From the NCBI RefSeq assembly GCF_009914755.1, contig NC_060928.1: DNA of 64,000 nucleotides; one strand, 5' to 3'. The notes under the pieces were generated by a model. The model saw only the letters and a list, made by a program, of their open reading frames with translations. It searched no databases and had not been told where the DNA came from. How positions within the stretch are numbered: position 1 is the first letter of the stretch; each line of letters opens with the position of its first letter. Position numbers and translations under genes: made by a program. This DNA is from the human T2T-CHM13v2.0 reference genome, Homo sapiens. This document shows, piece by piece, positions 1 through 16,889 of this stretch.

Positions 1-556
1 AAATAGCATTCTTATTTTCATAGAATAATATTTTTTCACCAAGCACAATGAAGCACATTGTAAAAGGGGGTTTGACTAAGGTTGTTTAATTCTTGTCTCA
101 TATTGACATTGATCCAAGAATCCATTGAACCCATTCATCATATTCTCAGTTAGAAGTGATTTTAGCTGCAAGTAGTAGAAGATCTGACTAACGATCAATA
201 GGACAAAAGGGGTTTATTTTTCCCACATAAGAAGAGATAAAGAGGCTAGTGTTGGAGCAAATACTTTAGGATCCAGGATACTTCTATCTACTTACTCCAC
301 CATTCTTGGACTAGTTTGTTGCCTCATGATTACAAAATGGCTTCTACATCTTTGCTCTAGTTCTTCATGCAGGGCAGGAAGAAGAAAGCAAAGAGCAGTA
401 ACAGCTACATCTATCCTTTCAATTAAGAATGCTTTTTCTGAAGCCCTTATAGCTGACTTGCCTTAGGTCTCAGTGCCCCTAAGTGGATCACAGGGCTACA
501 ATTAGCTATGTGAAGTCTGGGAAGCAGAATGCAGGAATGTCATGATTAGCTTACAC

Positions 557-786
557 CAGTGATTCTCAACCAGTAGAAACATCACTCTCCCCATCCCCAC
601 AGAATGTCATAATATTCATGAGAATATTTTGATTATCATAATGATGGTGTGGATACCCATAGTGCTACTGGCATTTAGTGCGTAGAAGCCAGTGATGCCA
701 AAAGCACTGAACTGTTAAGAACAATATTTTACAATGAAGACTTGTACTGCCCAAAATGTCATAGTGATTCCACTGAGGCACACTGG
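557..786. mobile_element. MER20-like hAT DNA transposon fossil
   Basis: Begins cagtgattctcaacc and contains gctactggcatttagtg...gaagccagtgatgc and gcccaaaatgtcatagtg, matching the recalled MER20 consensus. Boundaries are approximate. Confidence 0.7.
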
Positions 787-1525
787 CTTAGACCATTTAT
801 GGCCCATCACTGGAGGGGCCACATTGCTATTCCAAACAAAATCTGTGTTCTGTTAACAAAAATGTGGATATTCGGTAGAACTGACAGTGTCTACAGCAGC
901 TCCTCTGAGCCTTCAGGTGTTTGTAATAATTTTCATTTTTATTTTTCATTTCCTTTGTCAGTTGATTAGGCTATTGAGTGAAAGAATGAAAAACCAAAAA
1001 AATCCAACAGAGCTATGATTGACTCTTCTAAAAAAACAAAAGAAGGGAAGAGAAAAATCTAAGAGGGAAAAGAAGCCAGTATGGCTGAAGAAACTATTTG
1101 GGAAGAAGTTGGAGGAAAATGTGATATGGATTATACCAGGAAAACAATTGTAAGAAATTTAAAAGGGGATTTTTAGTAAGTTTTATATGTAATATGTAAT
1201 GTAAATTATTCCTCTCACCCTTTGAAATCTTCAGTAAAATTTCCCTTTTTCATTAACCCAGGTAGAGAACTGAATATGTTTTGGGGAAGCCTTGTAACGC
1301 TGAGTCCTACTTTAAAATAGTCTTCCCAGAAAAATTTCATTACATTAAAATTATATTTACACGTATTCAAGGATTTCTCTTTTTTTAATGTATCTCATTT
1401 TTCCTCTATTATTTATATCATGCAAACATGTATGAGTAAAACTTAAAGGAAATAAAATCTCCTAAAATACTATGTCCAATAATGAACCATACAAGCATTT
1501 CATTGATTTTTTTCCTATGCAAATA

Positions 1526-1963
1526 CAGTTCATCCTTGAACAACATACGTTTGAACTGCATGAGTCCTCATATGTGAATTTTATTTTGCCTCTGCTACCC
1601 TGAGGCAGTAAAAACAACCCCTCCTCTTCTTCCTCTTCCTCAGCCTACTCAACATGAAGATGATGAAGATGATGACTTTTATGATGATTCACTTCTACTT
1701 AATGAAGTAAATACATTCTTCTCTTTCTGATGATTTTCTTAATGATATTTTCTTTTCCCTAGCTTACTTTATCATAAAAATACAATATATAATACATATA
1801 ATATACACAATATGTGCTGATTGACTGTTTATGTTATTGGTAAGGCTTCCAATCAATGTTAGGCTATTAGTAGTTAAGTTTTGGGAGGGTCAGTTACATG
1901 TGGATTTTTGACTGTGCAAAGGGATCAGTGCCTCTAATCTCTGCATTGTTCAAGGGTCAACTG
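1526..1963. mobile_element. Tigger2a-like non-autonomous TcMar DNA transposon
   Basis: Terminal inverted repeats cagttcatccttgaacaa and ttgttcaagggtcaactg. TA target duplications at 1524-1525 and 1964-1965. Length about 438 bp. Confidence 0.85.
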
Positions 1964-2532
1964 TATACATACTTTAAAATACTTACCAAAAATTGGAACA
2001 TTATAAACATGTAATTTATAGTATGTGAAAAGGTATATCTTCAAAGACAGTATTGTTCCATTAATAGAACAAGAAAAACCGTAATCCACATTTTAAAATT
2101 TTAAAATTTCTCTACTGCATTGCAGAAAGGAGTACCTTAATGTTATTAAATAATAGCTTCTTAAAGAAAAGCTATTGATTTATAATGAATGTGCATTCCT
2201 AAAATAATAATCAACTGTAGAAACTGGCCTCTTAAATAACCACCATCAGTCCTGAGAAAATACTCAGAGATACACCAAAACAAATCAAACTCTTTCAGTA
2301 TGGTTGTTTTAGTGCTGTTTTATTTTGCTTTTTCAGCAGTCGATATGTAGGTTGGTCCCAAAACAAAATACTGATAACTATTTACCAATAGTTTCATCCA
2401 CACATTTGCACTATTTTGTTTTTAAATGAAAGAAAGAAACATTGGGAAATCATGAATTAAATAATACATACAAATGGAATTATGAAGAAATATGGTTAAA
2501 GTAACTGAGAACCAAGTAAAAAATGAAGGTTA

Positions 2533-2663
2533 AGCCAAACACAGTAACTTACACCTGTAGCTTCAGCTACTCAGGAGGCTGAGGCAAGAGAATCGCTTGA
2601 GCCCAGAAGTTCGAGAGTTCAGCCTGGGAAACAGAGGATGATCATATCTCTTAAAAAAATAAA
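2533..2663 (+). mobile_element. Free Alu monomer (FLAM-like)
   Basis: cctgtagcttcagctactcaggaggctgaggcaagagaatcgcttgagcccagaagttcgag followed by an A-rich tail. Only one arm is present. Confidence 0.8.
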
Positions 2664-2889
2664 TTTAGAAAACCTCATATTTTCTGAAATTTTAGTGGGG
2701 GAAGTGAGCTAATACCATTACCCAGTCAAATAATATTAATTCTAGGCCAATCATGAACTTCTTACACATTCTTAATCTTGAAATCATAAAATTGTAACAA
2801 TAATCCAAAATTATAAAATAATCTGTGACTGAGCAACCTCTTGCAAATTCTGTAGTTTATCTGAGTTATACAGACAGGGTCACTTAGCC

Positions 2890-3085
2890 ATCATTCACAG
2901 TACCTAATGTAGTGTTCTAGATACAAAAATTAAGTAAAGATGGTCTCTGGCCTCAAGGAATTCAGACTCTAGGGGAGACCAACATGTAAACAATTAAGTA
3001 AAAAAACTTTTATAGTTGAAATAATAGAAGTATAAAAATAGTCAAGCATATTCAGAAACCAAAACAGAGCTTCTTAAAGGAAATA
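2890..3085 (-). mobile_element. L2 fragment, interrupted by the L1 and resuming at about 9600
   Basis: ggtctctggcctcaaggaattcagactctaggggagac...gagcttcttaaagg resembles the reverse complement of the L2 3' region. Confidence 0.55.
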
Positions 3086-3299
3086 AGTCTTTTTTTTAAT
3101 TACACTTCAAGTTCTGGGGTACATGTGCAGAATGTGCAGGTTTGTTACATAGGTATACATGTGCCATGGTGGTTTGCTGCACCCATCAACCCATCATCTA
3201 CATCAGATATTTCTCTTAATGCTATCCCTCCGCCAGCCCCCTACCACCCAACAGGCCCCGGTGTGTGATGCCCCCCACCATGTCCATGTGTTCTCCTCG

Positions 3300-7119
<3,820 letters not shown>

Positions 7120-7199
7120 TATGATGCTAGCTGGTTATTTCGCCCATTAGTTGATTCAGTTTCTTCATAGCAACGATGGTCTTTACTGTTTGGCATGTT

Positions 7200-8225
7200 T
7201 TTGCAGTGGCTGGTACCAGTTGTTCCTTTCCATGTTTATTGCTTTCTTCAGGAGCTCTTGTAAGGCAGGCCTGGTAGTGACAAAATCTCTCAGCATTTGC
7301 TTGTCTGTAAAAATCCTTTACAGGCAAGCAAAATCCTTTCTCCTTCGCTTATGAAGCTTAATTTGGCTGGATATGAAATTCTGGGTTGAAAATTATTTTC
7401 TTTAAGAATGTTGAATATTGGCTCCCACTCTCTTCTGGCTTGTAAGGTTTCTGCCAAGAGATCCACTATTAGTCTGATGGGCTTCCCTTGGTGAGTAACC
7501 CAACCTATCTCTCTGGCTGCCCTTAACATTTTTTCCTTCATTTCAACTTTGGTGAATCTGAGGATTATGTGTCTTGGCATTGCTCTTCTCGAGGAGTATC
7601 TTTGTGGTGCTCTCTGTATTTCCTGAATTTGAATGTTGGCCTGCCTTGCTAGGTTGGGGAAGTTTTCCTGGATAATATTCTGAAGAGTATTTTCCAACTT
7701 GGTTCCATTCTCCCTGTCACTTTCAGGTACACCAATCAAATGTCAATTTGGTCTTTTCACATAGTCCCATATTTCTTGGAGGCTTTGCTCGTTTCTTTTC
7801 ACTCTTTTTTCTCTAATCTTATCTTCTTGCTTTATTTCATTGAATTGATCTTCAGTCTCTAATATCCTTTCTTCCGCTTGATCTGTTCAGCTATTGATAC
7901 TTGTGTATGCTTCATGAAGTTCTCGTGCTGTGTTTTTCAGCTCCATCAGGTCATTTATGTTCTTCTCTAAATTGGTTATTCTAGTTAGCAATTTGTCTAA
8001 CCTTTTTTCAAGGTTCTTAGCTTCCTTGCATTGGGTTAGAACATGCTCCTTTAGCTCGGAGGAGTTTTTTATTACCCACCTTCTGAAACCTACTTCTGTC
8101 AATTCATCAAACTCATTCTCCATCCAGTTTTGTTCCCTTGCTGGTGAGGAGTTGTGATCCTTTGGAGGAGAAGACACATTCTGGTTTTTGGAATTTTCAG
8201 CTTTTTTGTGCTAGTTTCTCCCCAT
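7200..8225 (-). pseudogene. Disrupted L1 ORF1
   Basis: ORFs 7290-7739 (IGVPESDRENGTKLENTLQ...FQPRISYPAKLSF) and 7887-8177 match L1 ORF1p. Confidence 0.95.
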
Positions 8226-9564
8226 CTTCATGGATTTATCTACCTTTGGTCTTTGATGTTGGTGACCTTCAGATGGGGTCTCTGACTGGATGTCCTTTTT
8301 GTTAATGTTGATACTATTCCTTTCTGTTTGTTAGTTTTCCTTCTAACAGTCAGGCCACTCTGCTGTAGGTCTGCTGGAGTTTGCTGGAGGTCCACTGCAG
8401 ACCCTGTTTGCCTGGGTATCACCAGTGGAGGCTGCAGAACAGCAAAGATTGCTGCCTGATCCTTCCTCTGGAAGCTTCATCCCAGAGGGGCACCTGGCAG
8501 ATGCCAGCCAGAGCTCTCCTGTAGGAGGTGTCTGTCAACCCCTACTGGGAGGTGTCTCCCAGTCAGGATACATGGGGGTCAGTGACCCACTTGAGGGGAC
8601 AATCTGTCCCTTATCAGACCTCAGACGCTGTGCTGGGAGACCCGCTGCTCTCTTCAGAGCTGTCAGGTAGGAATGTTTAAGTCTGCTGAAGCTGCACCCA
8701 CAGCCACCCCTTCCCCCAGGTGCTCTGTCCCAGGGAGATGGGAGTTTTATTTATAAGTCCCTGACTGGGGCTGCCGCCTTTTTTTCAGAGATGCCCTGCC
8801 CAGAGAGGAGGAATCTAGAGACGTAGTCTGGCCACAGTGGCCTTGCTGAGCTGCAGTGGGCTCCAGCCAGTTCAAACTTCCCAGTGACTTTGTTTACACT
8901 GTGAGGGTAAAAACCACCTACTCAAGCCTCAGCAATGGCAGACGCCCCTCCCCCAACCAAGCTTGAGTGTCCGAGGTCGACCTCAGACTGCTGTGCTAAC
9001 AGCAAGAATTTCAAGCCAGTGGATCTTAGCTTGCTGGGCTCCATGGGGGGTGGGACCCGCTGAGCCAGACCACTTGACTCCCTGGCTTCAGCCCCCTTTC
9101 CACAGGAGTGAATGGTTCTGTCTCTCTGGCGTTCCAGGTGTCACTGGGGTATGAAAAAAAAAAAATCCTGCTGCTAGCTCCGTGTCTGCCCAAACAGCTA
9201 CCCAGTTTTGTGCTTGAAATCCAGGGCCCTGGTGGCATAGGCACCAGAGGGAATCTCCTGGTCTGCCAGTTGCGAAGACCATGGGAAAAGTGCAGTATCT
9301 GAGCCGGAGTGCACCATTCCTCCCAGTACAGTCTCTCATGGCTTCCCTTGGCTGGGGAAGGGAAATCCCCTGACCCCTTGCACTTCCCGGGTAAAACGAC
9401 ACCCTACCCTGCTTTGGCTAGCCCTCCAGGGGCTGCACTCACTGTCCAACCAGTCCCAGTGAGATGAACCAGGTACCTCAGTTGGAAATGCAGAAATCAC
9501 CTGCCTTCTGCATCGATCTCGCTGGGAGCTGCAGATTGGAGCTGTTCCTATTCAGCCATCTTGC

Positions 9565-9568
<4 letters not shown>

Positions 9569-9596
<28 letters not shown>
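9569..9596 (+). repeat. Pure A28 homopolymer abutting the L1 5' end
   Basis: 28 consecutive A directly after ...catcttgccagc. Confidence 0.95.
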
Positions 9597-9599
9597 GGA

Positions 9600-10060
9600 C
9601 GTTAAGTCCTAAATGGAAAATAGGTGTTCAACATATGCACCAAGGGAAAATGACATTCCAAGCAAAGAAACTGAATAAAAGCAAAGAGGTACGACATAAC
9701 ATGCTACTTTCAAGATCCTCAAGTAGTTCCGTGTGACTACACCATAGAATACAAAGAAGGTAAAGCATGAGATGATATGAGAGAGGGAAGATGCAGCTCA
9801 TGGAGGACCACAATGATAAGTGTTTACCATATCACATAATTAGAAGCCATTGAAAGGCGACAATAAACATGATCACATCTTAGAAAGATTTATCTGGTAG
9901 TGGTACTGAGGAGTCACTGAAGCAATACAATATAAGATAAAATGGTTAAAAGAGTCCAGGCCAAGTGTTGATGGGCTGAACTATACACCCAGCGTAGAGG
10001 GGATGGAGAAGAGGGGGACTTATCAGTGATCTTCACAAAGGAGGATCACTTGGTCCTGTT
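9600..10060 (-). mobile_element. L2 fragment
   Basis: gacattccaagcaaagaaactgaataaaagcaaag...gaagccattgaaagg...agaaagatttatctgg is a degenerate L2-like sequence. It continues near 11080-11450. Confidence 0.5.
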
Positions 10061-10211
10061 ACTATGTATGACCTTGGTTCAGACATGGCTTTCCCACCTA
10101 CCAACTGCATGACCTTAAATAATATACATAACTCTCAACTGGAAAGTTTCCCTGACTGTAAAATAAAAATAGTAATAGTTTCTAATTCATAGAGTTGTTA
10201 TAAGGATTTGA

Positions 10212-11002
10212 TATTACAGACTCTAAAGCAACTCCATCTTAGATGTTAATCTGTCATATTGACTTCTGATTAACCCCAGTATGGTGATTGCTTCTAAGGT
10301 TTCTACTTTCATGTATTTACCATAAATTTTGCCCTTAGTTCAAAACAATCATATTATTGTTGTTAAAAGAAAAACTTTAGACTAATTAAACTTAACAGTT
10401 TAATTAAGCAAAGCACGATTTGCAAATCAGGCACCTCCTGAACTAGAATAGTTTCAGAGAAGCTCTGGTGTAGCTGCCTGGTCAAAGATATATGGACAGA
10501 AAATGGAAAGTGACATACAGAAAACAGAAGTGAAGTACAGAAACAGCCAGATTGGTTACAGTTCAGCATTTGCCTTATTTGAACAGCTGGTCGCCTTTGA
10601 TGGACCAAAACTCAGTGATTGGCACAGGAATAGGTTATAGCCTGTTAACACATCCAGTTAGGCTACAGTTCACCGTGTAGGAAGAGAACTTGAGGTTCAA
10701 CTTAATATACATAAGAAGACTGTTTTACGTTAAACTTAATTTAGCATTATAAATCACATACTTGCCATAAAGCCTGCACTTAGGCAAATTCCCTATGCTA
10801 TATAAGCCCTGGGTTTGGGAAATAAATGGGGAAGGGATCCACCATCTCCTCTCCCAACTGCCCAAGACACAGCTTCTGTTTGTAAGTCCCTATTAATTAT
10901 TTCTTTCTGAGAACCTGGATTTGTCAGTCTCTTTCTTTGGCTTAGCTTCTTTGGCCTTTTGCTGGTAGGTTTGCATAGAACAGATCTGTTCACCATGGAA
11001 CA
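10212..11002 (+). mobile_element. Solo LTR (LTR47-like, family tentative) interrupted by MER57
   Basis: Runs from tattacagactctaaagcaactccatctt through a TATA-like tatataagccc and attaatt to a terminal ggaaca. Confidence 0.6.
10361..10746 (-). mobile_element. MER57-family ERV1 solo LTR
   Basis: Reverse complement reads tgctaaattaagttt...gtgccaatcactgagttt...ttcaaataaggcaaatgctgaactgtaaccaatc. TG...CA termini with a 4-bp TSD ttgt/ttat. Confidence 0.8.
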
Positions 11003-11494
11003 GATGAGTTAATGCAATATACTAATATGTTAAATGCCTATCACAGTGTCAGACCAATATTTTTATCATCATTAACATCAAGGAAATGAGGAGAAAACTG
11101 GTCCCGGGTTTCTGTTTTTGTTATCTGGAGATAAGTGTTTATGGAGATAAAATAGAAATTGAGTAGAATGGCAAGTTCTGGACATGTTAAGTACCTGGTA
11201 CATATTAGGTCCTCAATAAAAATCCATTGAGTGAATGAATAAATTAATGCATGCCATGTCTACGGGACAACTGAAAGAAGATCTCTGCTCACATGTATCA
11301 GAAATTCAGGAGGTGGCCCTGGACTACAACTGTAAATCTTGGAGTCACTAGTGTTCAGATATTCTTTGAAACTATATGACTGACTTCAATCAAGTAAAGC
11401 ATGAGGACAGATGAAGAACAAGGGAAGAAAAAGAAAGCAACATTTTTAAGACAAGACAGAGGGGAGTCAAAAAAGCATTCTGATAGTTATTTAC

Positions 11495-11642
11495 CATTTG
11501 CCATATTTATCGTTTAGCAAAGGAAACTTATTTGTAACTTGTGATATTTATATCAAATAGCACAAGACTTTTTTGAACATTGTCATAACCTTCATGTAAT
11601 AGTATGTGCCAAGATTATAAAGGGGAAAAAAGACAATAAAAC
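11495..11642 (-). other. Candidate internal exon (148 nt)
   Basis: Minus-strand acceptor cttccttttgtcttacag|G and donor ATG|gtaaat in non-repeat DNA. Splice-motif evidence only. Confidence 0.3.
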
Positions 11643-12280
11643 CTGTAAGACAAAAGGAAGCCTCCCTTTTCCCTTCCCTTTACTGGAATTTTTATGAAAA
11701 CACTTCTTTTTTAAGTTCTGAGAGTATATATCCCAGATACTTGGTTAAATATAACAGACACATATGATAGATAAGGGGGAAAGGAGGGTAGTATTTCTCC
11801 TATTAAAAATTGGAAAGGGAGATACTGGCTAATGCAAATGCTGAATACCAAATATGTTTCAAGGGCTTCAGGACATTTCCTATTTTCATGGCTAATTTAT
11901 TAATCTCTAATAGCCATATGCTCTTCAAACACAATATTCCATAAATATGACTCCTTTCAAACGTGATTTTTTTCAGTCATACCAATGAATAATAAAAGAG
12001 AAATGGCTGTATATTGAGTACCCCTTGGTCTGTAAAACAAAGACTTTCAGTCCACACACGGGGTAAATGTCCACCACAGAGAGAGAGAAAGGGAGAAAAC
12101 GAGACTCAAAATAATTTAATAATAATAATAATAATAATTTGCATTATCTTTCCTCTGGCAAAATTTATACAATACTTAATAAGCCTCATTATTATTTCCT
12201 TTTCTTCTCAATTTGCATTAAACTTGCAAGGATAATGTGGAAAAATTATACTAGTTAAAGCCTAGCTCCAGGCCACAAGG

Positions 12281-12582
<302 letters not shown>

Positions 12583-12706
12583 AGGCCACAAAGTTTTTAA
12601 GAACAATTCTCTTCACTTAGGAGCTGACAGGAAATCTCCAAAGATGCTGTACACTGTTCTGGAGGAAAAACAGTGGATTGTGTAACCTAGATCCAAATAC
12701 CTCTTC

Positions 12707-13004
12707 TTTTGTTTTTTTTTTTTGGAGATGGAGTCTCGCTCTGTCACCCAGGCTGGAGTACAGTGGCGAGGTCTTGGCTCGCTGCAACCTCTGCCTCTGA
12801 GTTCAAGTGATCCTCCTGTCTCAGCCTCCTGAGTAGCTGGGATTACAGGCACACACCACCATGGTGGGCTAATTTTTGTATTTTAGTAGATATGGGGTTT
12901 CACCAAGTTACCCAGGCTGGTCTCGAACTCCTGAGCTCAGGCAATCCGCCCACCTCAGCCTCCCAAAGTGCTAGGATTACAGGTGTGACCCACAGCACCT
13001 GGCC
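12707..13004 (-). mobile_element. AluS element
   Basis: Full dimer with TSD tccaaa(t/c)acctctt on both sides. Confidence 0.93.
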
Positions 13005-14150
13005 TCCAAACACCTCTTTTTAAATGCATGTACAGATATCAAATGATATAGAAGAAAAATGTGTTTTTCTAAAGATGAAAGTTACCATTAATCTTAACTT
13101 TCCTTCTCACATTATTATAATTCTTAGGGTTTTTTTTTTTAACACATGGTTCTTTACATTTACAATATATTGCATAATTATTTTTTCCACTTCAACCTGT
13201 GATATTATATACATATAAAGCAGCCTCTCCTTTTTTTCCAATTTCTTCTCATAACCTAGCTACCATTATAAAGGTCCTATCTTTGCATGGGAGAGCCCAC
13301 AGACCAAGCTGACTTCTATTTCATTTCATAGATATGGCAGTATATCTACTCTTTAAGCAATCATGTGTAGTACTGAATTCAGGCAAAATACATGTGCTTT
13401 TCCCCTAATATATAAAACTTAAATTGAGCATAGCCAGATGCTATTTATACTAAGAGTCTTCTCAGCCTAAGCTAAATTAATTCTCTTCCAAGTTCTTTTT
13501 ATTCAGTGCTCTCAGCCTGGGTACCATGGCTCTAAATTCTTAATTGCCATAAAATAATTGTATTTCCCTTAGCTACGCCTGGAATATGGCTCTCAAAGAT
13601 GACCTCCAGAATGTAATTTGCTATGTAAGGGCCCAGTCTGAGAATGATTTTACATACTATAACTGAACCTAATAGAATTCACAATAGCATCTCTCCTTTG
13701 TCAGGAAAGTAAAAAGGCAAAGATAGGCAGAGGTTAAAATAATATTTCTAAAATAAACCTTTCCTCCTAGTTATTTATCCTTACTTCTTCACATATTCCC
13801 AGGAAATATCATTGTCTAAGATTTCAAACCCAAAATCATTTCCCTTCAATATCAGGCAAATTGACAAATTTGAATTGTGCTGGATTTGTTATAGGAAGGG
13901 TATACTTTGAGATGGGGGAAGGGGAGGAATATGTTTCCCTTTTTAGTGCCTGCTTCATTCTTTAGAAGTAATTTCAAAATATTCTTATAGATTCTTATTT
14001 AAATAATCAAATCAAACCTAAAATATAGAAATTAACTGGAACTCTTCTTAAATAATTACCACTAAAACTAGCCATTTATTCATTCTAGACTCATTTCCTC
14101 ATCTAGATTAAAGTCAAGGTCAAAAATACAACTACGTTAGTAAAACTCAC

Positions 14151-14301
14151 CTCAAGATTTTAAAATGCTGACTATAGACAGAGACACCAGTCATAGAGAG
14201 TAAAGTGCATCTTACATTGAAGACATAGTATAAAAATAAACAGAAATGTTTCGAAAACATAGTAAGAATAAACTTTTCACTAGTAAAATGAGCTGCCTTC
14301 T
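14151..14301 (-). other. Candidate internal exon (151 nt)
   Basis: Acceptor tctgtctttccccacctatgtag|A and a consensus donor GAG|gtgagt on the minus strand, in unique sequence. Confidence 0.45.
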
Positions 14302-15239
14302 CTACATAGGTGGGGAAAGACAGATTCTTAGCAGAGCGTGTTCTTACAGCTGTGGACATTTCTCATGGTCATGATATGTGAACCCCAACAAAACCACCCT
14401 CCCTCTTCTTTTTACCAAGAACATTTATTTATGACTTGGCTGCAAGATTACAGAACACGGTTTGTCATGGTTCTGGAAATTTTTTCCAGTAAGACTGCTC
14501 ATATTAATTAGTTCTCAAAAATATTCTCAATATATAGAATTACAAGCCACTCTGCCTATTGCTTCCTAATCCCAATTCAATTTATGAATGAGGCACTGAT
14601 TCACAGATGGAGCAGAATACATACAAGGCAACAGAGTCTCTGAGTACTTAATGGTGGCTGCATTACTAAAAAATCTTCCCAAAATGCAAGCATGACTGAA
14701 AAAGAGGAAGCCTGATGTACCCAGGAGAGGTATAAAGGAGACAGTTGTGGCAGTAAAGAGGCCAGAAGAAACATTTGAGAAAAGAAAGGAGGAAGGTGAA
14801 GAGTGCAGTCAAGTTTTAGCCACCGAATATGTGAAGCATTGGGAAATTTTTCAAAACAAAGCATAAAGTATAATTGGGACCAAAAATTGCACATACCGTA
14901 TGACCCCAATTTTGCAATACAATTGTGTACTTTGTGGAAGAAAATACATCAAATATTAATAGGACTTGCGGTTCCCTGCCCCAGATTAAGCTTAACTTTT
15001 TCATTCTACTCTTCTGTGTTTTTAAAAATACACTGTGCTTTGTGAAACTGAAAAGTACATACCACACTGAAGTGTTTCGTGAAAATGCGGCTCCTTTCGT
15101 AGCTATAACTGATACAACGTGGCTTTCAATGCCCACGCTCAGTGGAGTTAGGAAGAAAAGTAAACCTGTCAGTTAAGGTCACTCCTGTTTTTCCTGATGT
15201 AACACACACACTCCTAGGTTAGAGTAACTTCTGGGTAAT

Positions 15240-15900
15240 CGTGGGCACCTTGGGGTACTGGCCGAGTCTTCGAGAGAATCAGCAGGTGACATACCCCTCT
15301 CTTGGGCCTCCTAGACAGCACTCGGCCGCCATCTCCGGCCTTGATCTCTGTGCTCAGGAATCCACCACTGTCGTGCTGGGCTCACCCGGCTTTTGGGCCC
15401 CAGCAGGGTCCCCCGAGGTGCAACACGAGACTTCTAGGGTGTCCTTTATGCACTGGATTGCCAGTCCCAAACTGAACCCCACCATTCCCAGGCTCCCCCG
15501 CACCCCGCGAGCCCTCAGCTAATCCCCTACCTCGGACCTGCGCAGTGTCAGCTCTGCGCAGCATGGGCTCTGCAATGTGCCTTGGCAGCACCGAGGTCCG
15601 CTCCTCTGGGAGGTGCCCCACGTGATCAGTGAGCCTGCGCAGCACGGTCTTTCCAGTGCCTGAGCCGCCTCACGCAAATCCTGCCGGGGTGTAAATTCCT
15701 TCCAAGTCCATTAATGAGGCTTCTTGGTTCCCCTCCTCGACGTCAGGCTTTCCCCTGTAATGTGGTCCAAAATCCCTCCACTTTTTATCACCTATGCCAC
15801 CTGCCGAGGTTTGCCCCTTTGGGAGAAGCCTGGACAAGCTTGTCTGACCATTCGCTTTGCTTACGTGGTCTTACCTAGGCTTCCTTACAACCATTTTCCT
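15240..15900 (-). promoter_or_regulatory. Small CpG-rich promoter-like region with probable minus-strand first exon (donor at 15531/15530)
   Basis: This is the only non-repeat GC/CpG-rich stretch in the window. It has an E-box CACGTG at 15619-15624, three CTGCGCAG palindromes, a CRE-like gacgtca near 15739 and the donor CCGAG|gtaggg. Confidence 0.65.
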
Positions 15901-16889
15901 CCTCCCCAGGTAGTGTTTCCTTCTCAGCAATCATAATGGTGGACTGGCTGCAAGGAAACTAGTTTGGGGGTTTGAAAAAACAGGTGTTTAATATTTTAAG
16001 AGACCCCCATCACATATATTCTACTTCCATAATCCCATCCCCAAAATATTATTTTTTAAGTGTAATGAAGGAAAACCTGGAGTCATTCTGAAAGTCACTG
16101 ACATCCAAGTTATTCTCAGTTACTGCCTGCAAGATAACTTTCCTGGAAATATGTTCCATTTTGGATTTTCAAAGAACACTTTGCTAGTCCTGCTTAGGCC
16201 AATAGAGTATGACGAAGACCTCTGTGTACCCAATAATGTATAGGAAGTGCTTAGCCTGCATACATATTGATAATAATGTTAGCTATTATTACCATGTTGC
16301 AGAAAGGGGGCAGAAGCAGGTTTTATCTGATTGCCAAAGTAGGAAAAGAATTGATATTTAAAGTAGTGAGCCCCATATCTGCATGGGACCATTAAGAGGT
16401 AAACAGGCCACTAATACCAGAGGCAATTTCAGTGCTAACTCAGTCTAGGAGACAAAGAGCACAGCCATCCTCGCCCTTATTTCACTTTCCATCAGTCATA
16501 CTGTAATACTGATATAGAGGGGACGACTTGCCACTACTGTTAAAAATCTTCTACCTTACAGTGAAATGAATGAACCTTTCAGATACAGAAACATGACTTG
16601 AACCCAACATATGTACAGTAAGATGGTATATTGCAAGGTTTGGATATTTTTAGAAAATGTCACTCTAGAAAAAAAGATAGTAAATGTACACACAGTTGGA
16701 GACATAGAGCCCTACAGCCTGTTAGATTAATTATTGAGAGAAAGAAGGAAGGGAGGAATTAAATAATCTAGCCAACATAAACTCTGAATTCCGGGAATGA
16801 GGGAACAGAGCAGGTGAACCGTTGTGGAAGATGAATTTGGTTAGTAAGTAAAAAAATCAATCCATCTGGATGACTGATTTGCTGATTTT

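Larger units (their letters stand above)
10085..11050 (+). mobile_element. MIR split by LTR insertions (10085-10211 and 11003-11050)
   Basis: atgacctt...ctgtaaaataaaaatagtaatagt...atagagttgttataaggatt resumes after the LTR as gatgagttaatgca...aaatgcctatcacagtg. Confidence 0.65.

Noticed and set aside
1981-2251. Minus-strand exon ending at TTG|gtaagt
   Set aside because: The donor is good, but I have no convincing reading frame or other support, and such motifs occur by chance.
15240-15900. Assigning a gene symbol to the promoter
   Set aside because: I do not recognise the sequence or peptide. Genome mapping is required.
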